Positions 9,065-17,471 of a stretch of DNA of 47,482 nucleotides are shown here, one piece after another; position 1 is the first letter of the stretch, and each line of letters opens with the position of its first letter. The stretch comes from a bacterium. Lineage in GTDB: Bacteria > Patescibacteriota > Minisyncoccia > Phycocordibacterales > UBA5272. A model generated the notes under the pieces. It worked only from the letters and a program-made list of their open reading frames with translations. It had not been told where the DNA came from and made no database searches. The DNA lies in NCBI GenBank assembly GCA_043765155.1, contig JAYUJP010000043.1, positions 1 through 47,482 on the forward strand, read 5' to 3'. Both the position numbers and the translations under genes were made by a program.

Positions 9065-9492
9065 AGAGAATTGTATCAGATAGAATTGATAAGCTATACT
9101 AATATTTACATAGTGATGTGTAATTTTATAAAAATATATATCTCATATATTTTTATAAATAATAATTAGTAATGCTATCAGATGTGTTTTATCTAATAGA
9201 ATTCTCTAAGTTTGAACCCGAGGGTTAAGACTTAACTTAACAAAAAAGACATTGATCACGGCGGTTATGTACAGTGATGTATATAAACAAGCTGACTAAT
9301 ATCGGAAAAATCTTGTAAATTTTTTATACAAGACAATTCCGAGGGAATAATATAATTCCAAAATTATATTTGCCCGTAGAGACTACACGTCAGCGTTCTC
9401 GTAAGAGAATATGCTATAGTCCGATTCCTCTGGTGACAGAGGTTGATAATTATTGAAACCAAGATTATCATTTAAAACACAACCTTCACATG
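9065..9492 (+). ncRNA. Group I intron at the 23S L2593 site, ORF-less
   Basis: The exons rejoin to aaaccgt|cgtgagacag (E. coli GAACGU|CGUGAGACAG). The 5' exon ends in U and the intron ends in G (9492). Guide sequence cacg-gcggtt (9257-9266) pairs with the 3' exon cgtg (P10) and the 5' exon aaccgt with a U-G wobble (P1). P3 is gctgac 9291-9296 / gtcagc 9389-9394. P7 is gacta 9381-9385 / tagtc 9417-9421. P8 is gttctc-GUAA-gagaat. P9 is cctctg-GUGA-cagagg. The core resembles the Tetrahymena AGACUA...AUAUAGUC core. Confidence 0.85.
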
Positions 9493-9993
9493 CGTGAGAC
9501 AGGTTGGTTTCCTATCTTCTGCAGGCGTTCGATTGTTGAGAGGACTTGCCCCTAGTACGAGAGGACCGGGGTGAACTGACCTCTGGTGTATCGGCTCTAC
9601 CGCCAGGTGGATCGCCGAGTAGCTATGTCGGGACTAGATAACTTCTGAAAGCATCTAAGAAGGAAGCTACCCTCAAGATTAACAATCGTTGAAGCGTCCT
9701 AAGAGATTATTAGGTTGATAGGAGCTAGATGTAAGCGCAGTAATGCGTTTAGTCGAGGCTTACTAATTACGCGAAATTCCTATTAGGAAATGTGTATACT
9801 ACAAAATAACATTATTTTGTTTTGTTACAAGTTCGTATTAAGTTTGTGAAAAATAAAAGAGTTGAAACACTCTATAAAAATTTTGTGATATAAAGATTGA
9901 ATTAAAATTAACGAACCAAAATATCTTATATTAGATATTATTGTAAATTAAACTTAAAAACTTAATTTATAATATATTTAGAATTTGAATATT

Positions 9994-10110
9994 CTGTTCT
10001 CCTGATTTGCTTGTGGGGTAATACCTTTTCCCATTCCGAACAGAGTCGTCAAGCCCACAATGAGCGATGATAGTGGATTTATCCGCAAAAGTAGTTTTTC
10101 GGGAGAACAG
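9994..10110 (+). rRNA. rrf: 5S rRNA
   Basis: ctgttctcc...ggagaacag terminal helix, and the conserved cccattccgaacagag...gtcaagcc motif. Confidence 0.9.
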
Positions 10111-10291
10111 AGTATTTAAATTATACAGATTTTTACAGAGTATAGCTTAAGCTTAACTAGACAGGTTGCACTTATAATGTGTGTTCTTGAATCTAGGAAA
10201 GTTTTTAGGGTAACATCCTAAGTATAAAGCGTGTTGCCATGAGCAACAAGATTATTGGTTAAATACCAGTTACTCTGACCACTTTGTAGAC

Positions 10292-10321
10292 GCGCCATCA
10301 ATTTTTGATTGGCGTTTTTTA
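10292..10321 (+). terminator. Rho-independent terminator ending the rRNA operon
   Basis: gcgccatcaa-ttttt-gattggcg stem (one bulge) followed by tttttt. Confidence 0.7.
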
Positions 10322-10347
10322 ATGTTATAATTAGATCTATAAATAGT

Positions 10348-11796
10348 ATGTCCAGATTTAAAGTAAAAGGAGGAAAAGAATTAAGCGGAGAAATAGAGCC
10401 GCAGGGTGCTAAGAATGAAGCGCTACAGATAATAGCGGCGAGTGTATTAGTGCAGAAGATTAAGATAGTTAATTGTCCAAATATTTTAGACGTGCGTAAT
10501 TTGCTTTTAATTTTAGAAAATGGAGGGGCGAAAATAAAATGGAATAAAGAAAATGTTAATAAAAATAATTTCAAATTAGAAGATGAAAAGATGGTGAAAA
10601 AAAATATATCAGAGAAAAATGTTCTATATATAGACACTAGAAATATAAATCAAAAATATTTTGAATCCGAAGAATACTTTAAATTAGCAGAAAAATTGCG
10701 CGGCTCACTTATGCTTATGGGTCCACTGCTTGCAAGATATGGAAGGGCATATATACCTCCAACAGGAGGAGACAAAATAGGTAAGAGGCCTATAGATAGT
10801 CACATAACAGGATTTTTAAAGATAGGTGCGGAGCTTAAAAAAGATAACAAGGGTTATGATTATTTAGAACTTAAAAAAGAAAATATAATAAGTGGCACCG
10901 AGATACTTTTAGATGAGTCGAGTGTAACAGGTACAGCTAATGTATTTATGGCTTTATCGCTTAACGCAAACAATGTTACTGTATTTAATGCTGCGTGCGA
11001 GACTTATATAACTCAACTTCTAACTCTTTTTATAAATTCTAATACATTAGATGTGTATGGGCTTGGATCAAACAGAGTTACTCTAAATACAAAAATTAAA
11101 GAAGAAAATAAATATAATAAAGAGGCAATAGAAAAAGAACCTGCGATTAATTCTTTAATTAAAGAGAAAGAAGAATTAGTAGAACATGTTATTTTACCTG
11201 ATTTTATAGAAGTTGCCAGCTTTATATCTCTTGCCATGGCAACAAAAAGTGAGATTACAATTAAAAATGCTGGTGTGAAATATTTAGGTACTACGCTTAT
11301 GGTGTTTGACAAGCTCGGCTGTAAATATGAGATATTAGGAGATAATATAAAAGTTTTAAAATTAGAAAAGTATATAATACAAAAAATGTATGACGGCTCA
11401 ATGACCACCGTCTATAGTCAGCCGTGGCCTAAAATAAGCCCAGACATACTCAGTGTGGGCATAGTAGCGTCTTTACAGTGTGAAGGCTCTATACTTTTCC
11501 ATGAGACAATGTATGAGGCTAGGATGTTTTTTGTAGATAAGTTAGTAGCCATGAAGGCCAGCATTATTTTGTGTGACCCGCATAGAGTGGTAGTAACAGG
11601 TAATGATTGGAAAAGTAGGCTGCATGCGCGCTCTATGACAAGCCCAGACATAAGGGCCGGCATAGCCCTACTAATAGCAGCCCTAGGTGCTGAGGGTGAG
11701 AGCGTGATAGACAACGCGGAGCAGATAGATAGAGGATATGAGAACATAGAGCTACGCCCCGCTGCGCTCGGTGCAGATATTACAAGGGTAGAGTAA
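10348..11796 (+). CDS. murA: UDP-N-acetylglucosamine 1-carboxyvinyltransferase
   Basis: MSRFKVKGGKELSGEIEPQGAKNEALQIIAAS N-terminus, active-site loop GGDKIGKRPID, and C-terminal DRGYENIE...LGADI. Start moved to ATG 10348, because the listed TTG 10309 lies inside the rRNA terminator. Confidence 0.9.
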   Translation: MSRFKVKGGKELSGEIEPQGAKNEALQIIAASVLVQKIKIVNCPNILDVRNLLLILENGGAKIKWNKENVNKNNFKLEDEKMVKKNISEKNVLYIDTRNINQKYFESEEYFKLAEKLRGSLMLMGPLLARYGRAYIPPTGGDKIGKRPIDSHITGFLKIGAELKKDNKGYDYLELKKENIISGTEILLDESSVTGTANVFMALSLNANNVTVFNAACETYITQLLTLFINSNTLDVYGLGSNRVTLNTKIKEENKYNKEAIEKEPAINSLIKEKEELVEHVILPDFIEVASFISLAMATKSEITIKNAGVKYLGTTLMVFDKLGCKYEILGDNIKVLKLEKYIIQKMYDGSMTTVYSQPWPKISPDILSVGIVASLQCEGSILFHETMYEARMFFVDKLVAMKASIILCDPHRVVVTGNDWKSRLHARSMTSPDIRAGIALLIAALGAEGESVIDNAEQIDRGYENIELRPAALGADITRVE

Positions 11797-11830
11797 TTTA
11801 AATATAAAACAAAAATTAAATATAAAAAAT

Positions 11831-12295
11831 ATGCAAGAATTCGAAAAAAAAAATGAGAACAAGATAGATATATATAAAAACTATAAAAATAAAGGTTCTG
11901 GCGTAATAGTTGTAACAAATGATAACCTTGTTGCGTTGCAGCATCGCGATGACGTAGAGGGTGTCTCTTATAGAAATATGATTGGATTATTTGGTGGCGG
12001 CTATGAAGATGTGGACTCATCATTTGAAATGACTGCTCTGCGGGAAATAGAGGAAGAGTTATCAATAAAAATAAAAGAAAAAGATTTAGAGCTTCTTATG
12101 GTTTATGATATACCAAGTATCTCAAAAGTTAGAAAAACTTATGTTATCAGAGGAATAAATAAAAGTAATTTATTTATAAAAGAAGGTCAGGGTATTATTT
12201 TTGTAAAAGATAAAAAAGAGTTAAAAGATCTAAATCTAATACCAGAAACTAGCTTTATCTTAGAGTATTATTTTACCCATTTTAAAAAAGATTAA
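11831..12295 (+). CDS. NUDIX-family hydrolase
   Basis: Degenerate Nudix box GGGYEDVDSSFEMTALREIEEELS (REIEEE core). Confidence 0.65.
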   Translation: MQEFEKKNENKIDIYKNYKNKGSGVIVVTNDNLVALQHRDDVEGVSYRNMIGLFGGGYEDVDSSFEMTALREIEEELSIKIKEKDLELLMVYDIPSISKVRKTYVIRGINKSNLFIKEGQGIIFVKDKKELKDLNLIPETSFILEYYFTHFKKD

Positions 12296-12300
12296 ACCAT

Positions 12301-13125
12301 ATGAAAAATTTTAGAAATAATGAAAAAGAAGAAAATGAGCAAGGAGACTATATGAGAACAGCTGGTAAGCTCACATTAGTGGCAACACCTATTGGGAACC
12401 TAGAAGACATAACTTATAGAGCGGTGCGAGTATTATCTGAGTGTGATTATATAATCTGTGAAGATACTAGAACAACAAGTAGACTACTCGAGCATTACAA
12501 CATAAAAGATCAAGATCCTAATAAGGGGGTAGATGATGTCCAGAAAAATAAAACGCTACTCACTTTTCACGCTAATAGCACAAATAGAGAAATAAATAAA
12601 ATAATAGACCTACTTAAAGAGGGTAAGCATTTGTGTTATGTATCTGATGCTGGTACGCCGACCATTTCTGACCCAGGAGTATTACTAGTTAATAAGATAA
12701 GAGAGATAAATTTAGAGAACTCTTTGGAAATAATTATAGAGTCATTACCTGGAGCGTGCGCCGTGACTACTGCGTATTCACTCTCCGGAGCCGTGGGTAA
12801 TAATTTTACATTTTATGGATTTATGCCTCACAAAAAAGGCCGTGAGACTATGACCAAGGATATTATAGAGAGTGACATGACCAGTATTGTCTATGAGAGC
12901 GTACATAGGGTAGAAAAGTTACTCGAGAGCTTTAGAGATCTGGAAATAAAAGTCGCAGAGGAAAATAATTTAGAGCTATCAGAAATAAAAAGAGAGTATG
13001 TAGTCTGCCGTGAGCTAACCAAAATGTATGAGGAAGTTGTGATCGGTGACATAGATTATGTTATAAATTACTTTGTAAACAATCAAGACAAAGTTAGAGG
13101 TGAATTTGTAATTGTTATAAAATAA
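12301..13125 (+). CDS. rsmI: 16S rRNA (cytidine1402-2'-O)-methyltransferase
   Basis: LTLVATPIGNLEDITYRAVRVLSECDYIICEDTRTTSRLL is the hallmark RsmI/tetrapyrrole-methylase N-terminus. The true start may be the internal Met at about 12352. Confidence 0.85.
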   Translation: MKNFRNNEKEENEQGDYMRTAGKLTLVATPIGNLEDITYRAVRVLSECDYIICEDTRTTSRLLEHYNIKDQDPNKGVDDVQKNKTLLTFHANSTNREINKIIDLLKEGKHLCYVSDAGTPTISDPGVLLVNKIREINLENSLEIIIESLPGACAVTTAYSLSGAVGNNFTFYGFMPHKKGRETMTKDIIESDMTSIVYESVHRVEKLLESFRDLEIKVAEENNLELSEIKREYVVCRELTKMYEEVVIGDIDYVINYFVNNQDKVRGEFVIVIK

Positions 13126-13221
13126 CAATTTTAATTAGATAAAGTTTATAAAATTATTAATAACAAATTTTTAGGTAAATAGATAATCATAAAAAATCAA
13201 AGAGAAATTATGTTGTAAATA

Positions 13222-13230
13222 TGATATAAT
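13222..13230 (+). promoter_or_regulatory. Extended -10 element TGaTATAAT, 6 nt before the ATG (leaderless configuration)
   Basis: TATAAT at 13225-13230 and ATG at 13237. Confidence 0.5.
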
Positions 13231-13236
13231 ATATTT

Positions 13237-14055
13237 ATGAATAATTTTGAAAAAATTAAATATTACTTTTCTAATCTTGACTGGAGCTCTAAAAGACGCT
13301 TAATTTATATAGCTATTTTGACGATGCTCGTACTGGGGTTTATTTTTTATAAGTTGTATCCAACTTTATATCCACAAGCTACATGTTTTGATAAAAAGCA
13401 AAACGGATTTGAGGGTGGAGTAGATTGCGGCGGAGCTTGTAATTTGCAATGTAAAAACACTTATTCAGAGTTAAAAGTTTTGTTACAAAAATCTTTCCCG
13501 GCAGCCGCGTCTTCGAGTGACATAATGATATTGCTTGAAAATAATAATAAGAATATAGCACCTACAAATATTTCGGTCGATATAGATGTATATGACTTAG
13601 AAGGTAAATTCTTGGAGACTATAAACAAGACTACACTTGCAGGTACTCAAAAATATATACCTATTCTGATATCTAATTATAAAAATCAGAATAATAAAAG
13701 CGGCTTGGTTTCAAAAGTTTTTGTTAAAAATATAAGTTATGACATGTATAGTACTTATGGTGCCTATGATGTGGCTCTTATTGATTATAAGCTAGATAAT
13801 GGAGATAGCACTGGATCCATGGATGCTAAGCTAAATATAAAAATTAAAAATATATACAAGCAGGATATTAATGAAAAATTAAGACTATACGTACTGCTTC
13901 GGGACGAACTCGATAATATAGTTGCGATAAATTATCAAGACATAAATAGCTTGGCCTTTGAGGAGGTTAAAAGTCTTAACTTTTTGTGGGTAGATATGAT
14001 AAAAGCCAATGTCAAAAATATAGATATAATTACTGTTTCTAATTTGTATAAATAA
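13237..14055 (+). CDS. Hypothetical membrane-anchored protein with a four-Cys motif after the TM helix
   Basis: N-terminal TM helix, then CFDKKQNGFEGGVDCGGACNLQC. Immediately upstream of the SEDS gene. Confidence 0.6.
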   Translation: MNNFEKIKYYFSNLDWSSKRRLIYIAILTMLVLGFIFYKLYPTLYPQATCFDKKQNGFEGGVDCGGACNLQCKNTYSELKVLLQKSFPAAASSSDIMILLENNNKNIAPTNISVDIDVYDLEGKFLETINKTTLAGTQKYIPILISNYKNQNNKSGLVSKVFVKNISYDMYSTYGAYDVALIDYKLDNGDSTGSMDAKLNIKIKNIYKQDINEKLRLYVLLRDELDNIVAINYQDINSLAFEEVKSLNFLWVDMIKANVKNIDIITVSNLYK

Positions 14056-14058
14056 ATC

Positions 14059-15186
14059 ATGAGTCTACTAGATCAATTTAAAAATATATTTTACAAGAAG
14101 TTTGATTTTTTACTTTTTATACCTATTTTGATACTGTGTATATTTTCTACGCTCTCTCTTTATAATTATAATAGTCAGTCATTATTTGAAAAGCAGCTTA
14201 TATGGGTAATACTTGGAGTGTCGCTATTTCTTATTATTTTTAGGCTCAATTTATCATTTCTACAAAATTCAAAGCTTGTAATAATCATATACGCTTTTGC
14301 CAATGCCTTGCTCTTATATACTGTATTCTTTGGAGCTACCATTAACGGAGCCAAGGCCTGGATTAATTTAGGTTTCTTTTCTTTTCAGCCTGCAGACCTC
14401 GCTAAGCTCGCTATAATATTACTTCTTGCCAAGTATTTCTCAAAACGTCATATGGAGATACAATTTTTAAGGCATATAGTTGTTAGCCTTATATATATTC
14501 TTATACCTGTTAGCCTCATAATGCTGCAGCCTGACTTTGGGTCAGCGATGGTAATTATGTTCATCTGGTTCTTTGTTGTGTTTATGTCCGGATTATCCAA
14601 AAAGCATCTTTTTATTATGTTCATACTCGGTCTTGCTGGCGTACTTCTAATGTGGAATTTTGTATTTGCTGAGTATCAGAAAAATAGAGTACTTAACTTT
14701 GTTAACCCAGTGCGAGATATTAGAGGTAGTGGTTATAATGTCTATCAGGCACTCATAGCCATAGGTAGCGGAGGAACTTTTGGTAAAGGTGTAGGACTGG
14801 GTACTCAGTCTAAGTTTAACTTTCTCCCCGAATATCAGACCGACTTTATATTTTCGGCCTATGCCGAGGAGTGGGGATTTGTGGGGGTTATTATTTTATT
14901 TATTATTTATTTTGTCCTACTCTCTAGGCTTATGTATCTGGCGTATTTTACTAGTGATAACTTTTCTTCTATTTTAACTATTGGGGTTTTTGCTTGGGTT
15001 TTTGTGCATGTATTTATAAATATAAGTATGAATCTCGGCCTATTTCCAGTTACGGGTATACCTCTACCCTTTATGTCTTATGGCGGCTCGCATATAGTGC
15101 TTATGGCCTTGGCCGTAGCAGTGGTATCATCTGCAACAAAAGTTAATTATAAAAATAAGATAAGTAGCGACTTTTCTATATATTAA
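14059..15186 (+). CDS. SEDS-family peptidoglycan glycosyltransferase (FtsW/RodA)
   Basis: Polytopic protein with conserved SEDS blocks: QPADLAKL, LQPDFGSA, LPEYQTDFIFS, GLFPVTGIPLPFMSYGGS. Confidence 0.88.
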   Translation: MSLLDQFKNIFYKKFDFLLFIPILILCIFSTLSLYNYNSQSLFEKQLIWVILGVSLFLIIFRLNLSFLQNSKLVIIIYAFANALLLYTVFFGATINGAKAWINLGFFSFQPADLAKLAIILLLAKYFSKRHMEIQFLRHIVVSLIYILIPVSLIMLQPDFGSAMVIMFIWFFVVFMSGLSKKHLFIMFILGLAGVLLMWNFVFAEYQKNRVLNFVNPVRDIRGSGYNVYQALIAIGSGGTFGKGVGLGTQSKFNFLPEYQTDFIFSAYAEEWGFVGVIILFIIYFVLLSRLMYLAYFTSDNFSSILTIGVFAWVFVHVFINISMNLGLFPVTGIPLPFMSYGGSHIVLMALAVAVVSSATKVNYKNKISSDFSIY

Positions 15187-15232
15187 TTATCTTGTATTTA
15201 TATTTTATTATTACTTATATTTTATTTGCACA

Positions 15233-15262
15233 TTGACATTAAGACTTAAAGTGTAGTATAAT
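15233..15262 (+). promoter_or_regulatory. Consensus promoter TTGACA-18-TATAAT, 6 nt before the ATG (leaderless configuration)
   Basis: TTGACA at 15233-15238, TATAAT at 15257-15262, ATG at 15269. Confidence 0.55.
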
Positions 15263-15268
15263 AATAAT

Positions 15269-15958
15269 ATGAATGAAAATGTTAATACAAAAAACATAAG
15301 AAATAGTACAGAAAAGATAGAGAAAAGCTTTATAATAATGATAGGTCGTTCTGGTTGCGGCAAAGGCACTCAGTCTCAGTTACTTGTAAAGTATTTTGAA
15401 GATAAGTACAAAAGCCTAGAGGTAAAAGACTCTAAAAATATAACACATGTAACAACCGGGGAAGGTTTTAGAAAGCTAATATCTGGAGATACGTACACAG
15501 CAAATATATCAAAGGAAATCACAAACACAGGAGGGCTTAATCCAGAGTTTCTGGCTATTTGGAATTGGGGTAATATTTTTATAAATAACATAAAAGAAAA
15601 TGATAGCATTATTCTTGACGGCGCACCTAGAAAATTGATCGAGGTGCACGTACTTAGTAGCGCTATTAATTTCTATAATTATAAAAATCCTATTGTTATA
15701 TATCTAGATGTGTCAGAAAATTGGGCCAAAGATAGACTTTTAAACAGAGGTAGGGAAGATGATAAAAATGAGGAGGAAGTTAATAGAAAAATGGCATGGT
15801 TCGAAAATGATGTAATGCCGTGTATAAATTATTATAAAGAAGAAAGTTCAAAAGAAAATACAAAAGAAAGTAATAGTTATAAATTTTTACATATTAATGG
15901 TGAGCAGACTCCGGAACAAATAAGCCAGGATATAATAAATAAAATAGAGAGTCTCTAA
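15269..15958 (+). CDS. adk: Adenylate kinase-like nucleoside monophosphate kinase
   Basis: P-loop GRSGCGKGTQ, ILDGAPRK, and an RLLNRGREDD LID-region remnant. Adjacent to map, as in canonical spc-operon ends. Confidence 0.75.
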   Translation: MNENVNTKNIRNSTEKIEKSFIIMIGRSGCGKGTQSQLLVKYFEDKYKSLEVKDSKNITHVTTGEGFRKLISGDTYTANISKEITNTGGLNPEFLAIWNWGNIFINNIKENDSIILDGAPRKLIEVHVLSSAINFYNYKNPIVIYLDVSENWAKDRLLNRGREDDKNEEEVNRKMAWFENDVMPCINYYKEESSKENTKESNSYKFLHINGEQTPEQISQDIINKIESL

Positions 15959-16039
15959 AATAAATCTATAAGTAATTTAAAATAAAAATTAGAAGTGAGA
16001 AATAAAAATATAAATATTTAAAAATAAGAATAAAAAAGT

Positions 16040-16831
16040 ATGTCAAATAAAACATCAAAAATCAGAATCAAAACACCAGAGGATATTAAAAAGCTAAGAA
16101 TAGCTGGTAAGAGATTGGCGCGCATAATCAGAACTGTGGGTGAGAGTGTAAAAGCTGGTATTAGTACAGGTGACCTAGATAGGCTTTTTAATAAGATGGT
16201 AATAGAAGGAGGGGATGTGCCTGTATTGCTTGGCTATAGGCCATTTGGGGCTGAATACCCTTATCCAGCTAGTGTATGCATTAGCGTTAATGACGAGATA
16301 GTGCATGGTATACCCGAGGATGATATTATAATATGTGATGGTGACCTAGTTAAAATAGATGGCTGCTTAGCTCACGAAGGGATGATAGCCGATCATGCTA
16401 TTACTGTAGCCTGCGGTGACATAACTGAGCAGGAGAAGACACTTATGAGCGACACAAAGGAAGCCCGTGCAGCAGGTATAAAAGCCGCTCAGCCAGGTAA
16501 TTATGTTATTGATATAGCGCGCGCGATAGAAGGGAATATAAATAGTAAAAATAAAAATTATGGCATAGTCAAAATATTATCAGGTCATGGTGTCGGATAT
16601 GAGGTGCATGAGGAGCCATTTGTTCCTAATTATGATGACGGGGTTAAGGGTCCCAAGCTTGTGCCTGGTATGGTGCTCGCCATAGAGCCAATGATTAATC
16701 TTGGCACTGATGAAGCGTTAATATGTTCAGATGGTTATACCTTTGTAACCGAAGATGGTAAAAAGTCTTGTCACTTTGAGCACACTGTACTAATAACTGA
16801 AAATGGTCCAGAGGTATTAACGGTGGAGTAG
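16040..16831 (+). CDS. map: Type I methionine aminopeptidase
   Basis: VNDEIVHGIP, GDLVKIDG, GHGVGYEVHEEP, LAIEPM and FEHTVLIT metal-ligand blocks. Confidence 0.92.
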   Translation: MSNKTSKIRIKTPEDIKKLRIAGKRLARIIRTVGESVKAGISTGDLDRLFNKMVIEGGDVPVLLGYRPFGAEYPYPASVCISVNDEIVHGIPEDDIIICDGDLVKIDGCLAHEGMIADHAITVACGDITEQEKTLMSDTKEARAAGIKAAQPGNYVIDIARAIEGNINSKNKNYGIVKILSGHGVGYEVHEEPFVPNYDDGVKGPKLVPGMVLAIEPMINLGTDEALICSDGYTFVTEDGKKSCHFEHTVLITENGPEVLTVE

Positions 16832-16846
16832 AGGCCTCTATCTTTT

Positions 16847-16882
16847 TAAAAACCTGCAAAGCGAAGCTTTGCAGGTTTTTTA
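16847..16882 (+). terminator. Rho-independent terminator
   Basis: aaaaacctgcaaagc-gaa-gctttgcaggttttt. Confidence 0.9.
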
Positions 16883-16898
16883 CTTTTGTACAAAATAA

Positions 16899-16907
16899 TG
16901 ATATCAT
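16899..16907 (+). promoter_or_regulatory. Extended -10 element TGaTATCAT, 6 nt before the ATG (leaderless configuration)
   Basis: TATCAT at 16902-16907 and ATG at 16914. Confidence 0.4.
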
Positions 16908-16913
16908 ATAAAT

Positions 16914-17321
16914 ATGAATATATTTAAAAATATAAAAAATGTACAAGCTTTAAAGATATTTTTGGTCCTAATTTTAATATTAGCTACGCAGATATTTTCT
17001 GAGTTGTTTTTGGTGCCAAATGATATGTATTATATTATACCTTGGCTAGATATACCCATGCACATATGGGGCGGATTTTTATTTGGATTACTTTTTATAT
17101 TTTATATAGATTATAAAAATAGGGGTAAATTATTTTATAAGCAAAACATATTATATATATTTGCTTTTGTATTTGTTATTGGACTAGCGTGGGAGTTATA
17201 TGAATATATTAATGATGTTGTAAATTATAGAGATTGGCGAGGTATTCTAGATACTGTTAAGGACTTATTTGATGATATTTTCGGTTCATTTTTAGCTTAT
17301 ATATTCTTTAAAAGTAGGTAA
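16914..17321 (+). CDS. Small integral membrane protein
   Basis: 135 aa with about 4 hydrophobic segments. No identifiable family. Confidence 0.55.
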   Translation: MNIFKNIKNVQALKIFLVLILILATQIFSELFLVPNDMYYIIPWLDIPMHIWGGFLFGLLFIFYIDYKNRGKLFYKQNILYIFAFVFVIGLAWELYEYINDVVNYRDWRGILDTVKDLFDDIFGSFLAYIFFKSR

Positions 17322-17471
17322 ATGCAGATTCTACTGAACCAAGATAATTATTATTTAAAGTTAAGCTTAAGGTTTAAAATAGTATATTTATCAGATATAA
17401 TTTTATTTTGTATGATATAATATATATAGAAAATATAAATAAAACTTTCTCAAATTAAAGATAAAAATATT

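Noticed and set aside
10111-10291. Possible additional small RNA or tRNA between the 5S gene and the rRNA terminator, where there are several short hairpins and an ending that looks like gacgcgcca.
   Set aside because: No acceptor-stem complementarity or cloverleaf could be built. It is most simply the 3' trailer of the rRNA transcript before its terminator.
10309-10347. Upstream alternative starts offered by the ORF track: TTG 10309 (murA), GTG 40763 (asparaginase), TTG 31902 (secreted protein), ATG 34071 (mreB), TTG 20305 (rpmI) and GTG 28879 (PAP2_C).
   Set aside because: Three of these codons fall inside a terminator hairpin or a promoter element: 10309 and 40763 in terminators, 31902 and 34071 in promoters. 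The rpmI TTG would add an atypical extension, and the PAP2_C GTG would overlap the proS coding end. In every case a downstream ATG gives an N-terminus that matches the family.
11418-12065. A 215-aa minus-strand ORF overlapping the murA 3' end and the NUDIX gene. Similar antisense ORFs occur at 932..1390, 2703..3125, 11013..11408, 28240..28581, 34700..35233, 43212..43662 and 44373..44717.
   Set aside because: Each lies opposite a plus- or minus-strand gene with clear homology-grade motifs. They are Ser/Leu/Ile-rich shadow frames, typical of antisense reading through real genes.
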